64,000 bases of DNA from an uncultured Rhabdochlamydiaceae bacterium (GTDB lineage: Bacteria > Chlamydiota > Chlamydiia > Chlamydiales > Rhabdochlamydiaceae), in NCBI GenBank assembly GCA_963712275.1, contig CAVQHD010000001.1, positions 224,001-288,000 on the forward strand. Reading direction: 5' to 3'. Shown piece after piece: positions 29,470-39,646 of the stretch. The notes below the pieces were generated by a model that searched no databases, had not been told where the DNA came from, and saw only the letters and a program-made list of their open reading frames with translations. The translations under genes were made by a program, and so were the position numbers. Positions within the stretch are counted from its first letter, which is position 1. Each line of letters starts with the position of its first letter.

Positions 29470-30375
29470 ATGAGTTTCGTTAGCGAGCTGAGAAGTGGAT
29501 GGGCCTCTTTTCTAAAAAGAGTAGATCCTTGGAGGCCTTCACTTTCAAAGAGAGCGCGTTTGGTGTTAGGAACGGTCGGATTGGGGTGCTGGGGAGCGGC
29601 TGCCGTTCTTGCATCAAGAAGTCCGGCAAGATTCTGGAGCTCCAAAGAGGTAATCGGGCTTTCATTGGCGGGCGCTATCACCGTTGCCCTATCGATTCTG
29701 GGCATTGGCGTAAAGAAACCTCTTTTTATGTCCTACCAAATCATCCCTAACAATGAAGACCCTAATAATACTTTTTGTACGCCTCTTAAAGCAAACTCCG
29801 TTTTCAAAGAAGTCCAAGGACAATTTCTCTACCCACCCTCCACAGATCAGGAGGTGCATTGGACTGCTTATTTAAGGGATCAATTTTTCTTAGGACCCAG
29901 CTTTAAGTCCCCTTCTCTGAAAAAGGAAACAACAATCACCCTGATCACAGAAATTTATCCCTTAACACTTGGGAAGAGCTGCCCTGAAAGCCAGCTTTTT
30001 AATTTAAATATAGAGCATCCACCCAATACAAGGCTCTCTTACGAAGATTTTATCGCGTTCTATGATCGTGCCTATACAGCCTTCTACCAAATTAAAAAAA
30101 CCTCGAAAAATCGGAAGGTCATTATTCATACACGACCGCAATCGATGCCTGAAAACTTGCGACGTAAGGATCACTGTTTTTGCATGCTCATTCAGCGTCT
30201 TGCAGCATACGCTGCAGAAATTGACGAATTCCACTATTACAGGCGTAGCCTTCGCCATATCCATAAGATGGGAAAAATGTTTACTGATTTAATCACGCAG
30301 AATCCGAAGGCTTCCCCTCAATTCCTGCTTGAAAAACTGTTTGACCGTTATGAGTGCCGCTATTTAACTCAATGA
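29470..30375 (+). CDS. Shorter paralog of 27697-28998
   Basis: Shares YP.ST..EVHWT, AY.AFYQIK, VIIHT and LIQRLAA.AA.IDE.HYY; N-terminal TM pair. Confidence 0.6.
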   Translation: MSFVSELRSGWASFLKRVDPWRPSLSKRARLVLGTVGLGCWGAAAVLASRSPARFWSSKEVIGLSLAGAITVALSILGIGVKKPLFMSYQIIPNNEDPNNTFCTPLKANSVFKEVQGQFLYPPSTDQEVHWTAYLRDQFFLGPSFKSPSLKKETTITLITEIYPLTLGKSCPESQLFNLNIEHPPNTRLSYEDFIAFYDRAYTAFYQIKKTSKNRKVIIHTRPQSMPENLRRKDHCFCMLIQRLAAYAAEIDEFHYYRRSLRHIHKMGKMFTDLITQNPKASPQFLLEKLFDRYECRYLTQ

Positions 30376-31458
30376 CTTTTTCTTCTTAAACTTATCGGAG
30401 TATTCGAGAGCTTTGCCTGCGCCTAGGCACACAGCAAGAAGAGGGTGGGTAGCAATGGTGACTGGAAGGCCGGTCTCTTTGATGAGCGCTTTATCGAGTC
30501 CTTTGATTAAGGCTCCGCCGCCTGCGAGAACCATTCCTTTGTCAACAAGATCTGCCGAGAGTTCAGGGGGGGTTTTCTCAAGGACGAGTTTCACGTGCTC
30601 AAAAATGACTTGGAGCGGCTCTATAAGGCATTCGCGGATTTCAACAGAATTAATCCGTTTTGTGACAGGAAGTCCCGCAACTTGATCTCGCCCGCGGACT
30701 TCCATCTCGAGTTCATGCTCTCCAAGGGGATAAGCCGATCCAATGGTAATTTTAATCTCTTCGGCCGTTCGCGGACCGATCATTAGATTATACGTTCGGC
30801 GCATGTAGTTGATGATGCATTCATCAAACTCATCTCCTGCGATCCGGAGAGATCGAGATTCGACAATACCCCCGAGGGAAATGATGGCAATTTCCGTGGT
30901 TCCACCGCCAATGTCGACGATCATACTCGCAGAGGGTTCATGAACAGGAAGGTCGACTCCAATTGCAGCTGCCATCGGCTCTTCAATGAGAACCACCTCT
31001 TGAGCTCCGGCACGCAGGGCAGAATCTTCAACAGCTCGCTTTTCCACATCGGTAATGCCGGAAGGGACCGCTATCAAAATTTTAGGACGGAAAGGGCTCC
31101 GCTTAGGGGTGACTCGTTTGATGAGGGCTTTGAGCATCCCTCCTGCAATTTCAAAGTCGGCGATAACTCCATCTTTCATCGGACGGACAACGTGGAGTTT
31201 ACGAGGTGTTTTCCCAAGCATTGCTTTGGCTTTGTGGCCAACGGCAAGCACCTCATTTGTTAAAGAATCGACTGCGACAACAGACGGTTCAGCAAGAACA
31301 ATCCCTTTTCCACGCACGTAGACAAGTGTATTGGCTGTTCCAAGATCGATCCCGATATCATTCGAAAAAAAACCAGACAATTTCCCCAATTTTCCAAAAA
31401 TTGATTGGCTTACACGTTTGAAAAAAGCTTTTGCGCTATCAGATTTTTTTCGATTCAT
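30364..31458 (-). CDS. mreB: Rod-shape determining protein MreB
   Basis: IGIDLGTANT, IEEPMAAAIG, DIGGGTT; ATGA overlap with the SNF2 stop. Confidence 0.96.
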   Translation of the reverse strand: MNRKKSDSAKAFFKRVSQSIFGKLGKLSGFFSNDIGIDLGTANTLVYVRGKGIVLAEPSVVAVDSLTNEVLAVGHKAKAMLGKTPRKLHVVRPMKDGVIADFEIAGGMLKALIKRVTPKRSPFRPKILIAVPSGITDVEKRAVEDSALRAGAQEVVLIEEPMAAAIGVDLPVHEPSASMIVDIGGGTTEIAIISLGGIVESRSLRIAGDEFDECIINYMRRTYNLMIGPRTAEEIKITIGSAYPLGEHELEMEVRGRDQVAGLPVTKRINSVEIRECLIEPLQVIFEHVKLVLEKTPPELSADLVDKGMVLAGGGALIKGLDKALIKETGLPVTIATHPLLAVCLGAGKALEYSDKFKKKKSLS

Positions 31459-34400
31459 GGTTTCAATAGTTCGAGGACGTCTTCCCAAGTTAGTTTAGCA
31501 ATAGCCTCATCATCGCAACTTACCACTTTCTTGACCAATCCTTTTTTCCGTTTTTGCATTTCGTCGATTTTCTCCTCGATGGTCCCTAGAGTGATCAGCT
31601 TATAGGCAGAGACATTTTTCTTTTGCCCCATCCGATGAACCCGGTCTGTCGCTTGGCTTTCCACAGCAGGATTCCACCACATATCGTAATGGATCACCGT
31701 ATCGGCGCCAACGAGGTTGAGTCCCGTCCCTCCCGCCTTCAAAGAGACGAGGAAAACGGGGAGCGTCTCATCTTCATTAAACTGTTTCACAATTTCGAGC
31801 CGATTTTTAGAAGAGCCGTCCAGGTAGGCAAATCGAATTCCTCGATGCTCAAAATCGTCCTTCATGATTTGGAGCATTTTCGTATACTGGCTGAAGATCA
31901 CCGTCTTATGTTTGCCTTCAATCAACGTTTGAAGAAGCTCCAGGAGCATTTCATATTTCGCAGAATCTCCCATCTCCGCCCTCTCTTTAGCAAAGATCGC
32001 CGGATGGCAGCAAATCTGCTTTAAGCGTGTGAGCGTTGCAAGAACATGGATTTGAACTCTGTCAAAGCCGTCCCTTTCGACTAACTTGACGAGTTCGCTT
32101 CGAGCCGATTCTGCATACGATCGATAGAGCTGCTCTTGGGCATCAGAGAGTTGGCAGTGGTAGACGATTTCAGAAACAGGCGGCAGGTCGTCGAGGACAT
32201 CGGCTTTCATCCTGCGCAAGATAAAGGGAGCCACCTTTTTTCGCAGATAGTTGAGGTTTTTACTTTGCTCTGCCCCTGATACTCGAAGATATTTCTCTAC
32301 GAACCGATCAAAAGAGCTCAAAAAGCCTGGCATTAAGAAGTCAAACAAGCTCCACATCTCATCAAGTGAATTTTCAATGGGGGTTCCAGAGAGAATCAGT
32401 CGGTGCTCGGCGCCGATTGCTTTCACTGACTTGGCATTTCTCGTCCCTCGGTTTTTAATATGCTGCGCTTCATCTAAGATAAAATATCCAAAGGAGCTTT
32501 GCTTATAATATTCCACATCTTTTTGAAGGAGCGTATAGGAAGTGATGATCACGTCGTATTTACCCATATTTTCAATCATCTTCTTTCGAGCCGAAGGAAT
32601 TCCATCGATTACAAAGACTTTGAGCTTAGGATCGAATTTTGAAAACTCCTCTTTCCAGTTATAGAGGAGAGACGTTGGGCAAACGATGAGGGCAAGCCCT
32701 TTCTTTTTCTGACGGTATTGAGCAATTGCAACAATCGCTTGCAAGGTTTTTCCAAGCCCCATATCATCGGCTAAAATTCCATTCAGATACATTAAACGGA
32801 GCCTTTCTAGCCAATTGATGCCTTCCTGTTGGTAGGGACGAAGCTTTGCCTTCACCTCTTCCGGAACGGGGGAGAAAGTTAAAGTTTTCTCACCAATCAT
32901 TTGCTTCCGAATATCGACAAGCTGCTCAGAAATTGAAAAGGTAACTGGAAGGCCTTTGAACTGAGAAGCTTCAATATTTGCGAGATTCCACAGAGGCCTT
33001 TCAAGAACATGGTTATCGAGAATCTCAATTCCAAGTTCATCGAAAATCTGTACCAAAGATCCCATTTTTTCAAGGTCGAGAACCAAAATCTTTGGAATTT
33101 TTGCTCCCTCTCCTTTTTTGATACGTGTCCTGGGATTATCGAGCTCTAGATAGGCCCTTCGAGAAGCTAAACACTCCCAAAGAAGGTCCATTTTAACCCC
33201 TTTTAATGCTCCTTTAACTTCCAGTTCAATCCGATACATGTCAACTCGATCGGTGTGCATCAGATGAAGCTTATATTCCGTCTGGTCATAGATGAATTGA
33301 TCTAGAAGGTTTTGGGGGCAGTTGAACGTAACCCGGTGGTGCAGCCGTGGAATCACATCGGTCATGAATTCAACGATCTTTTTCTCCGACTTCGAAATAA
33401 AACTCCCTTCGTCGATATTAAAAATGAAGTCTTGGAAGAGCTCTTCCGTTAGCTTCCTTTCGTCGACTAAATTACGGGCGACAATGCCAGAGGGCGTCAC
33501 AAAAGAGGCAGTATGTTCGTAGGTCAGCTGAGCCGGCGCGATGGGGATTTTATTTTGATCATAGTGAAAATAAAGCTTCGCCTCTAGCTCGCCATCCATG
33601 TAGACAATATCGCATGTCGCTCTTGCAGGTTCCACATACGGAAGCGTGACAAATCCATTGATTGCTTCCGGATTTTCAATCGTTGCAAAATGGGCAAGTT
33701 GGGGCATCGCATTTTCAACAAAAGAGCCAAACAAAGGCTCAGGGATCGTTAAATCGAATAATGTCTTCAAATTCTTCAGATGAAGCCGTGTGATATAAGT
33801 AGGAAATCGGTAGTACGTGTTTTGCACGAGCATCCCTGGCTCTGCACAGGAGAGAAGCTTCACCTCATCCACGCCAACCTCTTTTTGATCCACTAAAAGG
33901 GCAGGACGGAGCAAAATTTTTGAAATCGGCGGTTTTAAATATTCAAGGATGAATTTAAGTCCCGCATGATGAGGAGAAAAACGGATCGGATTTTCAAGAG
34001 AGCTGTCAAAAAGAGTTGTTAATTCCGGAAGCCCTTCTTCCTGGGGATTAAACCCGCTTTCCGCATAAGGCTTGACCGCTTCTTCGAACGTCCTCGCAAG
34101 CATCACTCCAAATAGCTCTAAGTCAATCTGTGCAATCCGGTACCCTTTTTCCGTGACCGGCTGCTCTTGAAATCGAGCCTGCTGCATGACAAGTTCCATC
34201 AGCGCGCTCTGAAGCGGCGAAAACGACTTTAAAGAAAAACAGTACCGTTTGCTTCCAATAAAAAGAGGCTCTTCATAACGGAGAGCATCAAAAAATTTCT
34301 TTACATATAGAATATGAAGAGGCTTGGAGCGGGAAGGAAGCCTGAGTGCAATCTGCAGCTCAACCGCCTGCCTCCCATCCAGGTTTGCAGGAAGTTGGAA

Positions 34401-34943
34401 GACAAAGGCTGCCTCTGCCTGATCGATTTCATATTTCTCCTGCGGCCGAAAAAAAGGAGAGACGGCAAGCATTTCCGAGGAGAAAACATATTCTTGTAAA
34501 ACCTGCTTCTGATACATCTCTTCTTGCTTCTGCGATTGCTTCGACTCAGCTTCTTTGAATTTTTCAATGAGCGCGCTCCGCTCATCTTCATTGAGCTCAT
34601 GTTTTTCTGCAAGATCATCCAGACTATTTTCTTTGGAGTAGTTCACCATGATTTCATCAAGCCGCTCTTCCAAATAAAAAATCAGAGCAGCTAAATGTTG
34701 ACAGTCGTAGTTATACGGACAGTCGCAATCTGAGTCAATCGTTTCACATTCAACTCGGTCAATTTCAATCTCGCTTTCATAATGGTTCTCGTATTGACCT
34801 TGCACACGGCCACTAATGCGAACAACACGGTTATCTAAATGCAAAATTTTGGCCGAAACAACTTTTTGCTGTTCATACAGATCCTTCCCCTCTTTCACAA
34901 TCCCAGAAGCAAAATCTTGTCTCAGTTTTCTAAAATTAAGCAT
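31455..34943 (-). CDS. SWIM zinc-finger SNF2-family helicase
   Basis: CDC...CQH SWIM motif; LADDMGLGKT, DEAQ, SGTPIEN, DRVHRMGQ. Confidence 0.92.
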   Translation of the reverse strand: MLNFRKLRQDFASGIVKEGKDLYEQQKVVSAKILHLDNRVVRISGRVQGQYENHYESEIEIDRVECETIDSDCDCPYNYDCQHLAALIFYLEERLDEIMVNYSKENSLDDLAEKHELNEDERSALIEKFKEAESKQSQKQEEMYQKQVLQEYVFSSEMLAVSPFFRPQEKYEIDQAEAAFVFQLPANLDGRQAVELQIALRLPSRSKPLHILYVKKFFDALRYEEPLFIGSKRYCFSLKSFSPLQSALMELVMQQARFQEQPVTEKGYRIAQIDLELFGVMLARTFEEAVKPYAESGFNPQEEGLPELTTLFDSSLENPIRFSPHHAGLKFILEYLKPPISKILLRPALLVDQKEVGVDEVKLLSCAEPGMLVQNTYYRFPTYITRLHLKNLKTLFDLTIPEPLFGSFVENAMPQLAHFATIENPEAINGFVTLPYVEPARATCDIVYMDGELEAKLYFHYDQNKIPIAPAQLTYEHTASFVTPSGIVARNLVDERKLTEELFQDFIFNIDEGSFISKSEKKIVEFMTDVIPRLHHRVTFNCPQNLLDQFIYDQTEYKLHLMHTDRVDMYRIELEVKGALKGVKMDLLWECLASRRAYLELDNPRTRIKKGEGAKIPKILVLDLEKMGSLVQIFDELGIEILDNHVLERPLWNLANIEASQFKGLPVTFSISEQLVDIRKQMIGEKTLTFSPVPEEVKAKLRPYQQEGINWLERLRLMYLNGILADDMGLGKTLQAIVAIAQYRQKKKGLALIVCPTSLLYNWKEEFSKFDPKLKVFVIDGIPSARKKMIENMGKYDVIITSYTLLQKDVEYYKQSSFGYFILDEAQHIKNRGTRNAKSVKAIGAEHRLILSGTPIENSLDEMWSLFDFLMPGFLSSFDRFVEKYLRVSGAEQSKNLNYLRKKVAPFILRRMKADVLDDLPPVSEIVYHCQLSDAQEQLYRSYAESARSELVKLVERDGFDRVQIHVLATLTRLKQICCHPAIFAKERAEMGDSAKYEMLLELLQTLIEGKHKTVIFSQYTKMLQIMKDDFEHRGIRFAYLDGSSKNRLEIVKQFNEDETLPVFLVSLKAGGTGLNLVGADTVIHYDMWWNPAVESQATDRVHRMGQKKNVSAYKLITLGTIEEKIDEMQKRKKGLVKKVVSCDDEAIAKLTWEDVLELLKP

Positions 34944-35143
34944 TTGAAAAACCTTTTCGTTTTATTATTTAAAACCCTTGGATCTTGTAGGATAAACCCA
35001 CCGTGTAGAACCTGTGTTTTACTCTTTTCCAAAAAGTCGTGCAACAAAAATATTTATTTCTTTGCAAGTGTAAAAATATGATTAAAATTTGATGAGCTTA
35101 GAGGAAAGGAAGATTCTGGAAAAGACTCAAAAAAAAATTGCAA

Positions 35144-35389
35144 CTACTCACCTATCCCCATATTAGAGGAAAAAAGATCGGGCAAGGGAACGGGCACGGT
35201 AACGTTCACGAAAGAAAAGGCCGAAGACTATGTCTGGTACAAGAAGCGCAATATAGCAAGGGGCTGAATTGCTGATACGCCCCGCCTCGATGTTAGAGAA
35301 AATGGCTCAGGGGGCTTCTTTCATGAACGTTACCGTGCCCGTTCCCTTGCCCGGTCTTTTTTCCTCTAATTATGAGGGTAGGTGAGTAG
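35144..35389. repeat. Long inverted repeat (about 73-bp arms) enclosing a ~99-bp gene relic
   Basis: Arms 35144-35216 and 35316-35389 are near-perfect reverse complements. Confidence 0.85.
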
Positions 35390-35443
35390 GTTCTTTTTAA
35401 AAGGTGTCTATGGTATCATGATTTCTCAAAATCAAGATTAATC

Positions 35444-36415
35444 ATGGGCCTAGATCATTTAGTCAGGTGGTATCCTTTTCCCGCATTAAAAGCAAATCAG
35501 CTTCATGTGGATGATATCACAATTAAACTAAGAACTGGAATACTTGCTATCGCAGCTGTGGCTCTCAGTCTTCCAGCTTTGCTGACTCGCTTTTCATCCC
35601 CTCGGTTTGTTTCCCTGTTTAAAGTAGGAAAATGGTTAGGCCTTGCTGCCTTTTTCTGGAGATATTTCGACAGGTGGATCGCAGACAAAATCGCAGACCA
35701 AAATGCCCTTAGCTTTTTCATAAACCAACCTTTTTCCACAGAAGACTTCTATCTTACCTCAGCCTGCCGCCGCATTGCCTACGATCAACTTTTGTGTCAA
35801 AAACTGATAGAGGGTTGGCAGAAAAACCCAATTCTTTTTCAGAACCCCCAAGGAACTCAATTACTTCTTGCCTTTCTTGAAAAGAATTATCAAGAAAACT
35901 ACCTGGATTCTCTTAGTAACCTGACCGAGGTAGGAGCTCCTGTCACTTCACTAGTGGTATTTTCTGCGATTACTCATCGCCACCGCTCTTACTTAAAATA
36001 TGTTCTTGAAAAAAACAAACTCCCTCCCATTTCAAATGACCATCAAATGCTTTTATGGGCGATGGCCGATACGCAAGAGTTTATTACACTGCTAAAAAAT
36101 ACCCCATCACTCGATATCAATATGCGCTCTCGTGACGGTACCCAGACACCTTTAATCTTGCTTGCTAGAGAGGCATCTTGTATTTTGCCTCAAAAAGATC
36201 AGCACGGAGCTCCTACCCAGCTTCTTTTAAAAATTGGCCGCATGGATCTTCTTTTAAAGCATGGAGCAACTCCATCCCTAAATGACCTTCATGGCAAGTC
36301 TATGATTTCCATCAAACGCGACTCCCCTCTAGGGCAGTACTTAAAGAGAGCTATCAACACCTCTGCAGTTGAGCTTTTAAAAACCGCTTTAGAACCGCTT
36401 CCATCCCCGACTTAA
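35444..36415 (+). CDS. Ankyrin-like protein with N-terminal TM pair
   Basis: DINMRSRDGTQTPL and LLLKHGA motifs; resembles 22802-24943. Confidence 0.6.
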   Translation: MGLDHLVRWYPFPALKANQLHVDDITIKLRTGILAIAAVALSLPALLTRFSSPRFVSLFKVGKWLGLAAFFWRYFDRWIADKIADQNALSFFINQPFSTEDFYLTSACRRIAYDQLLCQKLIEGWQKNPILFQNPQGTQLLLAFLEKNYQENYLDSLSNLTEVGAPVTSLVVFSAITHRHRSYLKYVLEKNKLPPISNDHQMLLWAMADTQEFITLLKNTPSLDINMRSRDGTQTPLILLAREASCILPQKDQHGAPTQLLLKIGRMDLLLKHGATPSLNDLHGKSMISIKRDSPLGQYLKRAINTSAVELLKTALEPLPSPT

Positions 36416-36564
36416 AAGCAATTCAGCTCTTAAAAAATCATTTACCCCCTCTACTCTCGATACTGCACTAGCGAGGTGTTGCTGAAAAAGTTCTCTTGTC
36501 TCTATACTGTTTTCCCAAGTGGGTGCAACTGAGGTCTGTAGAACCTAGTCTTGCGTGCCCATGT

Positions 36565-36636
36565 GCGGGTGTAGCTCAGTGGTAGAGCATCACGTTGCCA
36601 ACGTGAGGGTCGTGAGTTCAAGCCTCATCACCCGCT
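36565..36636 (+). tRNA. tRNA-Gly (GCC)
   Basis: Acceptor GCGGGTG/CACCCGC, anticodon arm tcacg-ttGCCaa-cgtga, T-arm gtgag-ttcaagc-ctcat. Confidence 0.95.
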
Positions 36637-36648
36637 TACCTATTTAAG

Positions 36649-36819
36649 GAGGTAGTTGCAAAACTCAGGTTCAGTCGATTTTCGGGTTCTTTTGAACCGA
36701 TTTTCGATCCAAATTGCGGGGGTAATATCGACTTTCAGTATATTACCCCCGCAATTTGGATCGAAAATCGGTCAAAATAATCCCGAAAATCGACGAACCC
36801 TGAGTTTTGCAGCTACCTC
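36649..36819. mobile_element. Palindromic MITE (GAGnnAGTTGCAAAAC family)
   Basis: TIRs gaggtagttgcaaaactcagg / cctgagttttgcagctacctc; nearly fully self-complementary; flanks ttaag / ataag. Confidence 0.85.
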
Positions 36820-36831
36820 ATAAGGATATCC

Positions 36832-38169
36832 ATGGAACAAAAAGCGATGACTGAAATTGCTCCCTTAGAATTTTCAAGCGAGCTTGTTAAAATTAAGGCT
36901 CATTTCAAACCTGCCTGTAAAGTTGAACTGGAAGTCGAAGCAGCCCCCTCAATTGTAAAAGAGGCTCGGGAAAATGCTGTCAAACGTGTGGGAAAAGAAG
37001 TCACCTTTGCAGGATTTCGTAAGGGGAAAGCTCCTGCCGCTCTCATTGAAAAAAACTACTCTACTGAGGTCGATTCAGAGCTGCAAAAAATGCTTTCTGA
37101 TCTCACCTTTCAAGAATGCATGAAGGTTTGTAAAATCCCTATTTTGAACAATGAGCTTAAAATTGGATATAATGTTAAAAGCCACTCTGTGCAAGAGGGT
37201 GCAAAACTGATTTTGTTTTTTGAAACAGAACCGACGATCCCAACGATTGATCCAAGTGCCATTTCCTTAAAAATAGTTGAGCGCCCCTTAGTCAATGCAG
37301 ATAAGGTGGAAGAGACCATTCGACAGGTCCAACTTTTTTTTGCTCACTGGAAAAAAGTTGAAGACCGGCCCATTCAAGAACAGGACTTTGTGCTTCTAGA
37401 CGTCGATATCATCGAAGAAGACCCTCCAATCCCTCTCTTCTCTAAGGTCCGGTTTGAAGTAACCGATCGATCGATGGCCCAGTGGACGAAAAACCTCGTT
37501 CTCGGCCATCAAAAAGGGGAGGTCTTAGAAGGGATCAGCATTCCAGATGAAGATGCAAAAGAGCAAGATAAGCAGCAGCTCAAGCCTAAAAAAGTGCGTG
37601 TCACCATCCATGAGGTCGAAACAGCGACACTCCCTGAGCTGACAGATGGGTTTGCCCAAAAAATGGGTGTTTCTTCTATAGAAGAGATGCGCACCCATAT
37701 TGAAAAGCTCTTGAATCAAAAAGCAGATGCTCACGTTCAAGAAAAATTGCGCGAAGAGGTCTCCGATATTCTTCTGAATAACTATTCGTTTGACATCCCC
37801 GGCAGTTTAATTGACCGAGAGGTCCGGTTTCGGATGATACAGCTTCTTCAAGATACCGACTACGCCCAGCACTGGAATAATATGACAAATGAAGCAAAAA
37901 AACGGACGGTCGGCGCCATTGCAGAGCAGTCTGAAAAAGCGGTCCGAATGTTTTATCTCTGTCGTAAGATTTTGGCAGACGCAAAGGTTTCTATTTCACC
38001 TAGCGATATCCCTAAAGTCATCGATACTCCCCTCGATATGCTTCTTGGAGAGCGTCGAGATGTCCATCCCCAAGGATCAACCGAGGTGCATCAAGCAGAA
38101 GCCTTCTCTCGGCTCCTTCTTGAAAAGGCCGAAGACTACATTATTGCTCATGCTAAAACAGCTTCTTAG
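36832..38169 (+). CDS. tig: Trigger factor
   Basis: GFRKGKAP ribosome-binding motif; position near clpP/clpX. Confidence 0.88.
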   Translation: MEQKAMTEIAPLEFSSELVKIKAHFKPACKVELEVEAAPSIVKEARENAVKRVGKEVTFAGFRKGKAPAALIEKNYSTEVDSELQKMLSDLTFQECMKVCKIPILNNELKIGYNVKSHSVQEGAKLILFFETEPTIPTIDPSAISLKIVERPLVNADKVEETIRQVQLFFAHWKKVEDRPIQEQDFVLLDVDIIEEDPPIPLFSKVRFEVTDRSMAQWTKNLVLGHQKGEVLEGISIPDEDAKEQDKQQLKPKKVRVTIHEVETATLPELTDGFAQKMGVSSIEEMRTHIEKLLNQKADAHVQEKLREEVSDILLNNYSFDIPGSLIDREVRFRMIQLLQDTDYAQHWNNMTNEAKKRTVGAIAEQSEKAVRMFYLCRKILADAKVSISPSDIPKVIDTPLDMLLGERRDVHPQGSTEVHQAEAFSRLLLEKAEDYIIAHAKTAS

Positions 38170-38942
38170 ATGAGCGTCGGAGCGATATCTCTATATGTTT
38201 CTAGCATATGCGCATTCCATCCTTTTGCCCCAAGCATTAGTTTAACAGGTAAGGCTAACATCTTATTAGTGGTTAAGTAAGGATAATGGTTCTCTGCAAC
38301 GTTACTTCGATAAAAATGAGAAGCATCAGGGTTAAACTCTATTTTTCTTCCCACATGATAAAAACCAACTTTCTCAAAAAGAGGCGGTAGAAAATCTCCT
38401 TGAGCGACAAAAGACAGATGGTTTTCTTTTCCTATGAGCGTGGTATAGTTTTGCGCGCCATTTTCGTCAAAAATGGCCATTGGACTATAAGTTAGAACAG
38501 AGATTGAAGATGTTGGGAATTTTTTTCTCATAAAAGCTGCAATCAATGCAGCAATGCCTGTTCCTCGGCTATGTCCTTCTATAATGAAGTTTTCTAATTG
38601 CCCTTCAGAAAGGCACTCTTGAACTTTACTCAAAACCTCCTTACGAATTTTCTGAAAACTGTGGTTAATTCCCCGATGAACTTGTCCTTTAAAGCCCACA
38701 TGCCTAAGGGAATCTGTCATAATGTCTCCACATTCAATCACTTCCCACGTATTGTTCCGATTTCCTCGAAAAGAGACCGCCACTTTTTCTGCGACTGCCG
38801 TCACACTTCCAATAGGGACATTTTCCTCATTAATCGGAAGTCTTCCATAATCTCCATCAAACACCCTCTGTACCCTTCCAATACTTTCGGCAATATCTTT
38901 TGAAGTAAATTCTCGTTGAGTAAAATTTGTGCTGATTGCCAT
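38166..38942 (-). CDS. Class 3 lipase-like protein
   Basis: VSFRG, VHRG, GHSRG nucleophile, GD..P and C-terminal H...Y; start at ATG 38942 with GGAGG RBS. Confidence 0.8.
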   Translation of the reverse strand: MAISTNFTQREFTSKDIAESIGRVQRVFDGDYGRLPINEENVPIGSVTAVAEKVAVSFRGNRNNTWEVIECGDIMTDSLRHVGFKGQVHRGINHSFQKIRKEVLSKVQECLSEGQLENFIIEGHSRGTGIAALIAAFMRKKFPTSSISVLTYSPMAIFDENGAQNYTTLIGKENHLSFVAQGDFLPPLFEKVGFYHVGRKIEFNPDASHFYRSNVAENHYPYLTTNKMLALPVKLMLGAKGWNAHMLETYRDIAPTLI

Positions 38943-39046
38943 ACAAACCTCCTTTTTCCTATGGCCTGCTCCCGACCGAAGAACTCCTTGATCGACAATA
39001 GGCCATTTTAGTATAACATGGATCATTACATTGAAAAAGGACGAAT

Positions 39047-39646
39047 ATGTACCAAGTTCCTTATGTCGTTGAAGATACAGGCCGTGGCGAGAGAGCCATG
39101 GATATTTACTCACGGCTTTTAAAAGATCGGATTGTCTTCATTGGAACAGAAATCAACGATGCTGTTGCCAATACCGTCATTGCTCAAATGCTTTTTTTAC
39201 GAGCGGAAGATCCTAAAAAAGATATTAGCATCTATATCAATTCACCCGGTGGATATATCTCTTCTGCGCTGGCAATTTACGATACGATGAAGTTCATGGG
39301 ATACGACATCAATACCTATTGCATTGGTCAGGCAGCTTCAATGGGAGCGCTTCTTTTGGCTGCTGGTAGCAAGGGAAAACGGTTCGCTCTTCCCACAAGT
39401 CAAATCATGATTCACCAACCGATGGGAGGAGCAGGTGGGACCGCTGCCGACATTCATCTACAAGTTCAACAAATCCTCTATCTTAAAAAGATGTGCGCAA
39501 AAATTTTAAGCGTTTCAACTGGCAAAACAGTTGAGCAGATTACCGCAGATTTCGATCGAGATTTCTTCATGACTCCTGAGGAAGCTCTTACCTACGGTCT
39601 AATTGACAAAATTGCCAACCAACCTCAAAAGCCGCCTAATGTCTGA
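39047..39646 (+). CDS. clpP: ATP-dependent Clp protease proteolytic subunit
   Basis: [27 protein letters not shown]. Confidence 0.96.
   Translation: MYQVPYVVEDTGRGERAMDIYSRLLKDRIVFIGTEINDAVANTVIAQMLFLRAEDPKKDISIYINSPGGYISSALAIYDTMKFMGYDINTYCIGQAASMGALLLAAGSKGKRFALPTSQIMIHQPMGGAGGTAADIHLQVQQILYLKKMCAKILSVSTGKTVEQITADFDRDFFMTPEEALTYGLIDKIANQPQKPPNV

Noticed and set aside
36520..36561. Imperfect hairpin upstream of tRNA-Gly as an ncRNA
   Set aside because: Short and imperfect; no family features, probably leader sequence
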